From positions 2,901-66,900 of the forward strand of contig QOPI01000001.1 of assembly GCA_003331645.1 (NCBI GenBank): DNA of 64,000 nucleotides, written 5' to 3'. Below the pieces are notes generated by a model, which was not told where the DNA came from, did not search any database, and saw only the letters and a list, made by a program, of their open reading frames with translations. Below, piece by piece: positions 1 through 9,922 of the stretch; the first letter of the stretch is position 1, and each line of letters starts with the position of its first letter. Source of the stretch: SAR86 cluster bacterium. GTDB taxonomy: Bacteria; Pseudomonadota; Gammaproteobacteria; Magnimaribacterales; D2472. The translations under genes and the position numbers were made by a program.

Positions 1-846
1 TTATTTGGAAATGGAGAAAGAACTGGAAATGTTGATATTGTAACTATTGCATTAAATATGCTTACTCAAGGCATTGATCCAAAGTTAGATTTCTCAAATA
101 TTAATTCTGTAATGCGTGAAGTTGAATATTGCAATCAACTTCCTGTTCACCCTCGACATCCCTATGCAGGAGATCTTGTTTTTACTGCATTTTCTGGTTC
201 TCACCAAGATGCTATTAAAAAAGGATTCCAAGCAATGAAGAATTCTAACGATCCATTATGGGCAGTACCATATCTGCCAATAGATCCTGCTGATCTTGGA
301 AGAAGTTACGAAGCTGTAGTTAGAATTAATTCTCAATCAGGCAAGGGAGGTGTTGCTTTTTTATTGGAAAAAGATCATGGAGTATCGCTGCCTAGAAGAC
401 TTCAAATAAGCATGAGTCAAAAAATACAGAAATTGGCAGATGAATCAGGAAAAGAAATTAGCAGCCCTGAAATTTGGGAAATTTTTGAGAATAATTTTCT
501 AAATGCTCAAAATGGCTATAGTTATATTAGCCATAACTCTTCAACTAACAATCAAGAAAATACTATAGAACTTAAGATGCTAATAAATTCAAAAGAGGTC
601 CTTATATCTGGAAAAGGAAATGGTCCTATTGATTCGTTTATAAATGGACTTTGTAATAAATTAGATGAAAAAATAAAAGTGTCTGATTACCATCAATCTG
701 CGATTTCATCTGGTTCTGATGCTAAAGCAGCGGCCTATATAGAACTTGAAATCGATGGAAAAACTAGCTGGGGTGTTGGAATTAATCCAAATACAACAAT
801 TGCTTCATTTGAAGCTATTATTGTTGGTCTGAGTAAGCTGCTTTAG
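1..846 (+). CDS. leuA: 2-isopropylmalate synthase, C-terminal part (5' end outside window)
   Basis: Frame 1 is open from nt 1 (LFGNGERTGNVDIVTIALNM) and continues into the 58..846 ORF. It has the GNGERTGN and FSGSHQDAIKKG motifs of long-form LeuA, followed by the C-terminal regulatory domain. Confidence 0.85.
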   Translation, partial: LFGNGERTGNVDIVTIALNMLTQGIDPKLDFSNINSVMREVEYCNQLPVHPRHPYAGDLVFTAFSGSHQDAIKKGFQAMKNSNDPLWAVPYLPIDPADLGRSYEAVVRINSQSGKGGVAFLLEKDHGVSLPRRLQISMSQKIQKLADESGKEISSPEIWEIFENNFLNAQNGYSYISHNSSTNNQENTIELKMLINSKEVLISGKGNGPIDSFINGLCNKLDEKIKVSDYHQSAISSGSDAKAAAYIELEIDGKTSWGVGINPNTTIASFEAIIVGLSKLL

Positions 847-848
847 CT

Positions 849-1622
849 TTACTCAAAGTTGGGCTCTCTTTTTTCAAAGAATGCCTTAATTGCCTCCTTG
901 TTTTGTTCATTTCCAAAAATTTTATTTTGGATTTCGGCCTCTTCGGAATATGTATCCAAATAGTTTTTTTCTAATGCATTTCTCATTATTTTTTTTGTAT
1001 TAGATAAAGATTGTGGTGCACGCCTAGCTAATCTTTCAGCCCATGCTATTGTCTCTGATTTAAGATCTTCTGATGAAACTATTTTATTTGCAATCCCAAA
1101 ATTTATGCATTCATCAGCTGAAATCTTTTTAGCCTCTATTGCATATTCAAAAGCTTTTGTATAACCCATATACCTTGTTAAAAACCAAGAAAGTCCTCCA
1201 TCTGGAACAACAGCTATATTACTAAATACTGATAATATATATGCGTTTTTAGACATAATTCTTAAATCACAAGCCATAGCTATAGCAGCACCTATTCCTG
1301 CTGCAGGCCCATTAATAGATCCAATTACGGGTTTAGGCATTTGCATTATATTTTCAAAAATTGGTAAAAAACCTCTAAAAAGTGAATCTTTTACACTTGT
1401 CCAAGATGATTCTCTTTCAGTTAAATCTGCTCCTGCGGTAAATCCTTTCCCAGCTCCTGTTATTATTGCCACTCTAATATCATTGTCTTCTTTTAGATTC
1501 TTAGTAGCATCTTGCAAATCCCAAATTAGCTGTTCAGAAAATGCATTTAAAACATCTGGCCTATTCAATGTAATAGTTCCTATGCGATCTTTCTTTTGTA
1601 ATTCTATAGTTTCATATTTCAT
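849..1622 (-). CDS. enoyl-CoA hydratase/isomerase (crotonase) family protein
   Basis: 257 aa with crotonase segments ITGAGKGFTAGADL and NGPAAGIGAAIAMACD. A GGAG SD lies just upstream of the ATG at 1622. Confidence 0.8.
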   Translation of the reverse strand: MKYETIELQKKDRIGTITLNRPDVLNAFSEQLIWDLQDATKNLKEDNDIRVAIITGAGKGFTAGADLTERESSWTSVKDSLFRGFLPIFENIMQMPKPVIGSINGPAAGIGAAIAMACDLRIMSKNAYILSVFSNIAVVPDGGLSWFLTRYMGYTKAFEYAIEAKKISADECINFGIANKIVSSEDLKSETIAWAERLARRAPQSLSNTKKIMRNALEKNYLDTYSEEAEIQNKIFGNEQNKEAIKAFFEKREPNFE

Positions 1623-1649
1623 GATATCTCCATTAAATTAAGTATACAT

Positions 1650-2642
1650 CTATGATTTGCAAATCGTTATCATTCCTGAATATTCAATATCTTTAATGAC
1701 AATAAAATCTGAATTATAGATAACCTTGCCACCACTTTGCTCTTTGTCTGCTCTTGACCACTTAACTATGGAAGATTCAGAAGGATTTGAATCATAAAAT
1801 GTTTTCATAATTTCATTAAGAACTTTCTTGCTTGGTGATGCAATATTATTCTTATGTATTACAAATCTTATTAATTCTTTTGCTTCAACACTATCCAATC
1901 CCTTAAAAATATCTAGAGGTATCGAATTATTGCTAACTAATGAGCCATATTTTTCTAAAAATAATAAATTAAAAATTTCTTGTCTGTCTTTAATAAAATC
2001 TGATGTGCTTTGTATTCTTTTTTCAAAATTATTCCATCTTTGATTTATAAGAGGCATTATTTCATTTCTAATAAAATTTCTATCTTGATTTGATTCTTTA
2101 TTAGATTCATCCTCAATATAATTAACTTTATGTATATCTATAAACTCTAATAGTTCTTTTTTAGTAAATTGAAGTAAAGGTCTTATTAGAGTTCCTCTGC
2201 CAATACTTCTTTTTTTCTTTGGGCCTTCTAATCCATCAATGCCAGTACCTCTAAATAACCTAAATAAAATAGTCTCAGCAACATCATCTGCATGATGAGC
2301 AACTAGTAACAACTCATCCTTTTTAATAAGATTCGAAAATATATCGTATCGAGCTTTTCTTGCAGCTGATTCAAGTCCATCTTTGCTAGTTTTTATTTTA
2401 ATATTTTTAACAATTAATTTAATATCTAGCTCATTGCATATGTTGTAACAATGAGATTCCCATAACTTAGCATTTTTAGATAAATTATGATTTATATGAA
2501 TTGCAGTTAATTTTTTTATTTTACTTTCTTCTTTTAAAAGAAAGCATGCATATAGTAATGCAGTTGAATCAATCCCGCCGCTGTATGCTACATAAATACT
2601 CTTATAGTCATTGATATAATTGCCGATAACATTTAAATTCAT
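1650..2642 (-). CDS. tilS: tRNA(Ile)-lysidine synthase
   Basis: 330 aa with the N-terminal PP-loop YVAYSGGIDS and HINHNL / AHHADD motifs. It sits next to accA-dnaE as in E. coli. Confidence 0.85.
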   Translation of the reverse strand: MNLNVIGNYINDYKSIYVAYSGGIDSTALLYACFLLKEESKIKKLTAIHINHNLSKNAKLWESHCYNICNELDIKLIVKNIKIKTSKDGLESAARKARYDIFSNLIKKDELLLVAHHADDVAETILFRLFRGTGIDGLEGPKKKRSIGRGTLIRPLLQFTKKELLEFIDIHKVNYIEDESNKESNQDRNFIRNEIMPLINQRWNNFEKRIQSTSDFIKDRQEIFNLLFLEKYGSLVSNNSIPLDIFKGLDSVEAKELIRFVIHKNNIASPSKKVLNEIMKTFYDSNPSESSIVKWSRADKEQSGGKVIYNSDFIVIKDIEYSGMITICKS

Positions 2643-2647
2643 CTAAT

Positions 2648-3592
2648 CTATTTTCCGATCTCTATAAGTCTTTCGTATCGTCTATCAAGCAGGCTATCTA
2701 ATTTAAAACCATTTAGTTTTTTTAAATTAGTAATTAAATTAGATTTAATATTCTTTGCGGCAAGGTCATAATCTCTATGAGCACCGCCTAGTGGCTCATT
2801 AATTATTTCATTGATTACATTAATTTTTATAAGTTCTTTAGCACAAACTTTCATGGCATCAGCTGCTTCAGATGCGAAATTAGCTGATCTCCAAACAATT
2901 GATGAGCAAGCTTCTGGTGATGCAACTGAATAAGTTGCATATTCTAGCATTGAGACATGATCACCAATGCCAAGAGCAAGCGCTCCCCCAGAACCCCCTT
3001 CACCTGTTATAACAACAAGGATTGGGGTTTGTAATTCTGACATCATCGCTAGATTACTTGCTATAGCCTCACTTTGACCTCTTTCTTCGCCTTCTATTCC
3101 AGGATAGGCTCCAGATGTATCTATAAATGTTATAACGGGTAGATAAAATTGTTCTGCCAATTTCATTAAGCGTTTTGCCTTTCTATAACCCTCTGGCTGA
3201 GGCATCCCAAAGTTTCTTTTAACTTTTTCCTCAGTATCACGTCCCTTTTCATGACCTATTACTACCACAGGATTATCATCAAGATTGCCTATTCCTCCAA
3301 TTATAGAGGAGTCATCACCAAACATTCTATCTCCATGCAATTCATCAAAATCTGAAAAGATTCGAGAAATATAATCTGCTGTATGAGGCCTTCTGGGGTG
3401 CCTTGCAACCTGAACAATTTGCCAGGTCGATAATTTTGAATATATCTTCTGAGTTATTTTCTTTTCTTCCTCCGTTAGCTTAGCAATCTGAGGAAGCAGC
3501 TCAGGACTTTCATCCACAATATCTTTTAAAGCTTGTATTTTGTCGTTAATTTCAGCAATTGGTCTTTCAAAATCAAGAAATGAGTTATTCAT
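2648..3592 (-). CDS. accA: acetyl-CoA carboxylase carboxyltransferase alpha subunit
   Basis: 314 aa, collinear with AccA (FLDFERPIAE..., ARHPRRPHT, FIDTSGAYPG, GEGGSGGALA). Confidence 0.95.
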   Translation of the reverse strand: MNNSFLDFERPIAEINDKIQALKDIVDESPELLPQIAKLTEEEKKITQKIYSKLSTWQIVQVARHPRRPHTADYISRIFSDFDELHGDRMFGDDSSIIGGIGNLDDNPVVVIGHEKGRDTEEKVKRNFGMPQPEGYRKAKRLMKLAEQFYLPVITFIDTSGAYPGIEGEERGQSEAIASNLAMMSELQTPILVVITGEGGSGGALALGIGDHVSMLEYATYSVASPEACSSIVWRSANFASEAADAMKVCAKELIKINVINEIINEPLGGAHRDYDLAAKNIKSNLITNLKKLNGFKLDSLLDRRYERLIEIGK

Positions 3593-3595
3593 AAT

Positions 3596-6500
3596 TTATA
3601 TCTTAATTGAAGAAGTCCCAAAAATATCTCTTAACAAATTTAAATTTTCTAAAGAAGGTTTTAGTAAATAATTATCACCAAGCTCTATTATGGCTTCAGA
3701 TTCGTTATTAAAAACTTTTAATTTAATAGATGAACTACCGCTTCCCCAAACTTCTTGAGGTATTTTTTCAAGGTCTAGCGTCATTTTTTCTAACGAATTC
3801 TTTGATTTATTATCAGCCTTGATAATAATGGTATCTACTTTATCTAAAAGTTCATTTTCTATAGTTTTCACTTGTTGAATACGCATTCTAAACATTGTGT
3901 TACCTGACTCTTTGGATCTGTAGTCATCAATCTCTATAGCGCCTTTTAAAACTAAAATTGAGCTTTCTTTTAAAATTGAATGGCAATTTTCTAATATATC
4001 ACTGGAAATTATTCCATCCATTGTTCCAGTTCCATCATCAAAGTTAATAAAGGTAAGAGGCTTATTTCTATTATCTTTGATTTGCCTTACTGAATTAATA
4101 TGACAAACTAGACGTGCTTTTTTTGTGTCTATCTTTAATTTATTTATTTCATGTGATCTTAAAGGTGAAATATTTTCTTCAATAGCCTTTACAGGATGTC
4201 CCGATAAATAATATCCGAGTGATTTTTTTTCAAAATTTAATTTTTCAACTAAATTTAATTCATTTAAATTTAAATATTTTTCATATGGGTTAAAGTCTGA
4301 TTCTATAGTTGAAAATAAATCTCCTGAGTTGTTTGTGGATAAAGTTGCCTTTCCTCCATCTTGTAACATGTCTCCTATGCAAGCAATAGCTATAGTTCTT
4401 GATGGGGTTATTGAATCAAAGGCTCCTGCAAAAGATAAGGCTTCAATAGATTTCTTGCCTCCAAGCTTTATATCAATATTCTTTGTGAAATCCCATAAAT
4501 CTTTAAATTTATGCTCTTTTCTAATATTACACACATGGGTAATAAAAGAATCTGCAACGCCTTTTATGGCTCCAAGCCCATATTCAATTTCATTATTACT
4601 ATTAACAATAAATTTCTTTTCACCTTTAAGAATATTTGGTTTTAAAACTGAGATACCTAAAGTTTTACATTCTTCTGTAAGAGAATAAATTTTATCAGTA
4701 TTGCCTAGTTCAGTTGATAGAACTGCTGCCATAAAATGTTCTGGAAAATAAGTTTTTAGAAAAGCTGTTTGATAAGATAATAATGCATATGCAGCTGAAT
4801 GTGATTTATTGAAGCCGTATCCAGCAAACTTTTCTATTAAATCAAATATTTTTTCAGCCGTTATTTTTTTAATATCATTTTTATTACAACCATTAACAAA
4901 GATCTCCCTTTGTTTTTCCATTTCTGCTACGTCTTTTTTTCCCATAGCTCTTCTAAGTATGTCTGCTTGACCTAAGGAAAATCCAGCAAGAACTTGAGCT
5001 GCTTGCATAACTTGTTCTTGATACAAAATAACACCATAGGTTTCTGACAATACTGGTTCGAGCATTTCATGAGGATAAGTAACAGGAAGTTTGCCATGTT
5101 TTCTATCAACAAATTGATCATGCATTCCTGAATCAAGCGGTCCTGGTCTATATAAAGCAAGTAAAGCTGTAATCTCTTCAAATTTAGTGGGTTTTAATCT
5201 TTTAATCAAATCCCTCATACCAGATGACTCTAATTGAAAAACTGCCATAGTTTTACCAGATGATAAAAGCTCAAAGACCTTTGGATCATCTAATTTAATT
5301 GAGTCTAAATTTAGAAGTGGCTTTGATTCTTTTTTTAAAACTTCATTTATTGACTTTGTAGCCCAATCAATAACAGTTAAGGTCCTTAGGCCTAAAAAAT
5401 CAAATTTAACTAAGCCAATTTTCTCTACATCATCTTTATCATATTGCGTCATTAATGCTGATGACTGTCTATCATAATAAGTTGGGCAAAAATCAGAAAG
5501 GGCTCCAGGAGCAATTACTATACCTCCAGCATGTTTTCCAACATTCCTAGCAATACCTTCAAGTTTAAATGCTAAATCTAGCACCTCTGAAACTTCAGGA
5601 TCATTTTTGATAGTTTGTTTAAAAATTGGTTGTTCTTTAATAGCTCTATCTAATGTCATTCCAGGAACAAATGGAATCATTTTTGAAATCCTTTCACCTA
5701 AGCCATATGGTTTTCCTAAAGCTCTTGTAACATCTTTAACTACTGCTCTTGCAGCCATAGTTCCAAAAGTTACTATTTGAGAAACAGCATCTGATCCATA
5801 CTTTGAGCTAACATAATCTATAACCGAGTCTCTTTTTTCGGTACAAAAATCTATATCAAAATCAGGCATAGATATTCTTTCTGGATTAAGAAAGCGCTCA
5901 AAAAGAAGTCCGTGTTCAATTGGGTCTAATGCTGTTATTCCCAATGCATATGCTACTAAAGATCCAGCTCCAGATCCTCTTCCAGGACCAACTGGAACCT
6001 CATTATTTTTTGACCACTCTATAAAATCATAAACAATTAAAAAATAGCTCGAGAAACCCATGCTGCTGATTTGAGATAACTCATAATCTAATCTTTCGTT
6101 ATACGTATTCTTTTTAGATTTGTTAAATCCATCAGTCAGAGAATCCAAATTTTTAAAAGAGAGATCTTTTAAGTAGCTGTTGAAGTCGTGCTCTTTGGGA
6201 ACCGGATATTCAGGTAGGAAATATCCCTTTGGCGTAAATGAAACATTACATTGTTTTGCAATCTCAGATGTATTTGACAAGAAATCTTTATGATCAGTAA
6301 ACAAGTCAGACATTTCTTTCTGTGATTTGAAGAATTGCTCATTTGAGAACTTTCTTTCTCTATTTGGATCATTTAAAGTTTTTCCAGTATTAATACAAAC
6401 TTTAGTTTCATGAATTTCATAATCATCTTTGGCTGAAAAAAGTACATCATTGGTAGCAATTACTGGTATGCCTTTTTTTGATGCTATTGGAAGAATATTT

Positions 6501-7039
6501 TCAAAATAATCTAATTCATCTGGTCTGTTTGTTTTTTGAACTTCGATTATAAAATCTTCATCAAAAATACTTTGAAAACTTTCTAATTTTTTATTTAGAT
6601 CCTCAACTTTTCCTCTTTTTAATAAATCAAATATATGGCTGGATCTTCCTCCAGAAATAACTTTTATATCTTTTTTAAAAGTACATAACTCCTTAAATGA
6701 GATTATGGGTGATGGGTAATTTGTATTATTGTGAGATTGAGAGATTGCTTTCATGAGATTCTTATGACCATTATTGTTTTTTGCTAAGCATAAAAGTTCA
6801 TACGCAAAGTCATCTTCTTCAAATATTACTTGAATAGAAGAACCAGATATTGGCTTAATTCCTTTTTTTTCTGCTTTCATGAAAAACTTTACTAAGCCAA
6901 ACATGTTCAAATGATCTGTAAGAGCAACTGAAGGCATATTATTTTTTTCAGCATGATCAACTATTTGATCAATAGTTATTAAGCCATGGGAAATACTATA
7001 TTCCGATGAAATTCTTAGGTGTGAGAATGCATCTATCAA
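3596..7039 (-). CDS. dnaE: DNA polymerase III alpha subunit
   Basis: 1147 aa with an N-terminal PHP domain (FSHLRISSEYS), PDFDIDF catalytic aspartates, and the OB-fold/C-terminal region. Its start overlaps the rnhB stop by 4 nt. Confidence 0.97.
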   Translation of the reverse strand: MIDAFSHLRISSEYSISHGLITIDQIVDHAEKNNMPSVALTDHLNMFGLVKFFMKAEKKGIKPISGSSIQVIFEEDDFAYELLCLAKNNNGHKNLMKAISQSHNNTNYPSPIISFKELCTFKKDIKVISGGRSSHIFDLLKRGKVEDLNKKLESFQSIFDEDFIIEVQKTNRPDELDYFENILPIASKKGIPVIATNDVLFSAKDDYEIHETKVCINTGKTLNDPNRERKFSNEQFFKSQKEMSDLFTDHKDFLSNTSEIAKQCNVSFTPKGYFLPEYPVPKEHDFNSYLKDLSFKNLDSLTDGFNKSKKNTYNERLDYELSQISSMGFSSYFLIVYDFIEWSKNNEVPVGPGRGSGAGSLVAYALGITALDPIEHGLLFERFLNPERISMPDFDIDFCTEKRDSVIDYVSSKYGSDAVSQIVTFGTMAARAVVKDVTRALGKPYGLGERISKMIPFVPGMTLDRAIKEQPIFKQTIKNDPEVSEVLDLAFKLEGIARNVGKHAGGIVIAPGALSDFCPTYYDRQSSALMTQYDKDDVEKIGLVKFDFLGLRTLTVIDWATKSINEVLKKESKPLLNLDSIKLDDPKVFELLSSGKTMAVFQLESSGMRDLIKRLKPTKFEEITALLALYRPGPLDSGMHDQFVDRKHGKLPVTYPHEMLEPVLSETYGVILYQEQVMQAAQVLAGFSLGQADILRRAMGKKDVAEMEKQREIFVNGCNKNDIKKITAEKIFDLIEKFAGYGFNKSHSAAYALLSYQTAFLKTYFPEHFMAAVLSTELGNTDKIYSLTEECKTLGISVLKPNILKGEKKFIVNSNNEIEYGLGAIKGVADSFITHVCNIRKEHKFKDLWDFTKNIDIKLGGKKSIEALSFAGAFDSITPSRTIAIACIGDMLQDGGKATLSTNNSGDLFSTIESDFNPYEKYLNLNELNLVEKLNFEKKSLGYYLSGHPVKAIEENISPLRSHEINKLKIDTKKARLVCHINSVRQIKDNRNKPLTFINFDDGTGTMDGIISSDILENCHSILKESSILVLKGAIEIDDYRSKESGNTMFRMRIQQVKTIENELLDKVDTIIIKADNKSKNSLEKMTLDLEKIPQEVWGSGSSSIKLKVFNNESEAIIELGDNYLLKPSLENLNLLRDIFGTSSIKI

Positions 7040-7578
7040 GGAGTGACTCCTTTAAATGTCTTTCTGTGTATTTTAGTTATTCCTAATAAATTTATTTTCT
7101 CATAATGATATTTAGTCCCGTAGCCTTTGTGATCTTTAAAGCCATAATTGGGGAATTTTTTATCAATTTTTATCATGTAGTTATCTCTTTCAACCTTAGC
7201 TATTATAGATGCAGCACTTATCTGATCAATAATTGAATCACCTTTAATTATAGCCTCCATTTCAAAATTAATATCTGGTTTATGAATGCCATCTACTAAT
7301 ATTTTTGAGGGCTTTACAGATAAATTTAATACTGCTCTCTTCATAGCAAGTAAAGATGCTTGAAGAATATTAATCTTATCAATTTCTCTGGGTGTTGCTA
7401 TGCCAAAAGCATAAAAAGATTTTAGTTTAATTTCTTCAGAAAGGACCTCTCTGTTCTTAGGGGATAGTTTTTTTGAATCGCATAAGCCTGAGATAGGCTC
7501 CTTTAAAATAACCGCTGCAGCAAGTACTGGTCCTGCCAAGCAACCTCTTCCAACTTCATCAATTCCAGCAATTAACAC
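7036..7578 (-). CDS. rnhB: ribonuclease HII
   Basis: 180 aa beginning IAGIDEVGRGCLAGPV, with DSKKLS. The start codon is GTG at 7578. It lies between lpxB and dnaE as in E. coli. Confidence 0.95.
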   Translation of the reverse strand: MLIAGIDEVGRGCLAGPVLAAAVILKEPISGLCDSKKLSPKNREVLSEEIKLKSFYAFGIATPREIDKINILQASLLAMKRAVLNLSVKPSKILVDGIHKPDINFEMEAIIKGDSIIDQISAASIIAKVERDNYMIKIDKKFPNYGFKDHKGYGTKYHYEKINLLGITKIHRKTFKGVTP

Positions 7579-7580
7579 AA

Positions 7581-8699
7581 TTATTTTAGATCAATAATTG
7601 TCTTTGCAGCTGCATCAAACCCATGACCATCAAGATGACTCTTTAACTCAACGAATAAATTTTCAAGTTCATTAGATTTCTTTAAAAAATTTAGAGCATT
7701 CGATATGCTCTTTTTATTGCATTTAGATTGTATTAGTTCAGGAAATGCTTCTTTAGATAATAATAAATTAGGTAATCCTACTAGTTTAGTATTTAACATC
7801 CTAGAAATAATAAAATAGTTAAAACTATTTGTTTTGTAGCAAATAATCGGAGCTGATCTAAGAATTGCAGCCTCTAGGGTTGCAGTTCCAGATGTAACTA
7901 GAGAGAAGTTGGAGACTGATAGAAAATCTTTAGCAGCTCCAACTTTTATAGTTACAGGAAGACCTTCTGGGATAAAAGATTCTATTTTCTTTTTTAAGTA
8001 ATTATCAGCAGCTGGAATAAGAAAATGAAGATTTTTATACTTTTCTGAGGCTTCTTTCATAAATTCTGTATATGTTGGCATCATATTATTAATTTCAGAA
8101 TTTCTACTACCAGGAAGGACAGCCATATATTCCATATCATCTTCTAACATATAATTATTCTTAACATCTTCTTTAATGGGTTCTATTATTTTAGAAAGTG
8201 GATGGCCAACAAGAAAACTATTCGTATCATTTGACTGATAAAATTCATGCTCGAACTTAAAAAGACAAAGAGTTAGATCAATATATTTATTGATGTTCTT
8301 CATACGTCCTTGTCTCCACCCCCACACAGATGGACTAACAAGCTGAATAGTTTTAGTAAGTCCATTTTTCTTTAAAGCTTTATGAATTGGCATATTAAAA
8401 TCAGGAGAATCAACGCCGATAAAATAGTCAATTTTTTCATCTGCAAAAAGTTGTATAAGTTTTTTTCTATAACTTAATAGTTTTTTAATTTTTAAAAATG
8501 GTTCTATTAATCCCATAACGTTAAGTTCTTTAAAATTAAAAATTGAATTTAAGCCGACCGCTTCTGTTAAAGGCCCACCTACTCCAAATATATTAAGTTC
8601 GAATTCTTTAGAGAGAGATTGAATAATTTCTGAGCCAAGTTTATCACCAGAATGCTCGCCAATGACAATGCCAATTTTAATATTTTTTTTATTAGACAC
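7581..8699 (-). CDS. lpxB: lipid-A-disaccharide synthase
   Basis: 372 aa, N-terminus IGIVIGEHSGDKLG, LpxB length and position after lpxA. GTG start at 8699, directly abutting the lpxA stop. Confidence 0.93.
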   Translation of the reverse strand: MSNKKNIKIGIVIGEHSGDKLGSEIIQSLSKEFELNIFGVGGPLTEAVGLNSIFNFKELNVMGLIEPFLKIKKLLSYRKKLIQLFADEKIDYFIGVDSPDFNMPIHKALKKNGLTKTIQLVSPSVWGWRQGRMKNINKYIDLTLCLFKFEHEFYQSNDTNSFLVGHPLSKIIEPIKEDVKNNYMLEDDMEYMAVLPGSRNSEINNMMPTYTEFMKEASEKYKNLHFLIPAADNYLKKKIESFIPEGLPVTIKVGAAKDFLSVSNFSLVTSGTATLEAAILRSAPIICYKTNSFNYFIISRMLNTKLVGLPNLLLSKEAFPELIQSKCNKKSISNALNFLKKSNELENLFVELKSHLDGHGFDAAAKTIIDLK

Positions 8700-9476
8700 T
8701 TACCTTAAAAGGCCTCGTTCTGAAGACTTAATAGAGTCAATAAAAATTTGAAGCTCAGAGCTAACAGGATCTTCAAGTTTTTCAACTTCTTTTATCGCAT
8801 CTTCAAGCTTGTATCCTTTTTTATAAATTAATTTATAAGCTTTTTTTATTATTGCTATTGCATCTTCGGATAAGTTATTTCTTGACATACCTATAGCATT
8901 GAGACCAATAACTCTTGCCGGGTCTGCTGCAACTTTTATGAACGCAGGTATGTCCATGGTTATTGATGTATTCATACCAACAAAAGCATAGTCTCCTATC
9001 TTACAAAATTGATGGATGGTAGTAAGAGCTCCAATTGTAGTAAAATTCCCTACAATAACATGGCCAGCTATTCCTGCATGGTTTGCAAAGACATTACTAT
9101 TACCCAAAATGCAGTCATGCGCTACATGAGAATATGCCATTAAAAGATTATCATGTCCTATAACTGTGGTTGATTTATCTTGAACAGTTCCTCTATGAAT
9201 AGTTACCCCTTCTCTAAATATATTATTGTTGCCAATAGATAAAGTTGTTTTTTCTCCCTTAAATTTTTTATCTGGAGTGCTCTCGCCAATAACTGAAAAT
9301 TGATAAAATGTATTATTTGATCCAATTTGTGTTGGTCCTTTAATTACAACATGACTTAAAAGACTATTACCTGCATCAATTTCTACATCTTCTCCGATAT
9401 AGCAAAAAGGACCTATCTCAACTGATTCATGAATCTTTGCTGAATTATGAACTATTGATGTTGGATGAATTGCCAT
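8700..9476 (-). CDS. lpxA: acyl-ACP--UDP-N-acetylglucosamine O-acyltransferase
   Basis: 258 aa with left-handed beta-helix hexapeptide repeats and IHPTSIVH at the N-terminus. Position is fabZ-lpxA-lpxB. Confidence 0.95.
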   Translation of the reverse strand: MAIHPTSIVHNSAKIHESVEIGPFCYIGEDVEIDAGNSLLSHVVIKGPTQIGSNNTFYQFSVIGESTPDKKFKGEKTTLSIGNNNIFREGVTIHRGTVQDKSTTVIGHDNLLMAYSHVAHDCILGNSNVFANHAGIAGHVIVGNFTTIGALTTIHQFCKIGDYAFVGMNTSITMDIPAFIKVAADPARVIGLNAIGMSRNNLSEDAIAIIKKAYKLIYKKGYKLEDAIKEVEKLEDPVSSELQIFIDSIKSSERGLLR

Positions 9477-9916
9477 TATTTAGCCCTATCTGCACAGAGT
9501 ATAGTTGCTGAACAAACTTTTTCATTATCTACCTCAGCCCTGCATTCAAATTTCCATATACCTCTTTTCTCATTAAGAATCTTACTATAAAGATGAATAT
9601 CATCACCAGGTCCAACTCTTCTCCTAAATCTTACTCTATCTACACCAGCAAAAACATATATAGAGCCTTCTTCAGGAGTTTTATTCATAGTTTGAAATCC
9701 TAAAATACCTGATGCTTGTGCTAAAGCTTCAATAATAATGACCCCGGGCATCACTGGGTTGTTAGGAAAATGACCTTTAAGGTAATCTTCATTACCACTA
9801 AGTCTTTTTACAGCATGAATGTCGCTGCCTTTGTTAAGTGTTAAAACTTCATCAACAAATAAAAAAGGCTCTCTGTGTGGAAGGTATTTTAAGACATCAT
9901 TCTTTGAAGCAGCCAT
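9476..9916 (-). CDS. fabZ: 3-hydroxyacyl-ACP dehydratase
   Basis: 146 aa with LPHREPFLFVD and HFPNNPVMPGVIIIEALAQ motifs. It joins lpxA through a 1-nt TAATG overlap. Confidence 0.95.
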   Translation of the reverse strand: MAASKNDVLKYLPHREPFLFVDEVLTLNKGSDIHAVKRLSGNEDYLKGHFPNNPVMPGVIIIEALAQASGILGFQTMNKTPEEGSIYVFAGVDRVRFRRRVGPGDDIHLYSKILNEKRGIWKFECRAEVDNEKVCSATILCADRAK

Positions 9917-9922
9917 GGCTTT

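Noticed and set aside
4329-4688. 119-aa ORF antisense to dnaE. Similar antisense ORFs lie at 1828..2043, 12938..13198, 13326..13673, 13713..13967, 14429..14704, 19383..19757, 20371..20556, 20734..20946, 24693..24953, 25106..25405, 26638..26895, 27328..27510, 27850..28062, 31157..31453, 36119..36349, 42002..42235, 42366..42644, 42949..43257, 44071..44331, 46134..46328, 47499..47693, 48545..48877, 49627..49857, 50540..50866, 51120..51368, 52946..53179, 58274..58759, 58958..59149, 59303..59737, 61178..61684 and 63053..63262.
   Set aside because: All lie opposite strongly conserved genes. Their translations are low-complexity (S/L/I/F-rich) mirror-frame products with no recognisable motifs, SDs or independent spacers. 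These are typical shadow ORFs.
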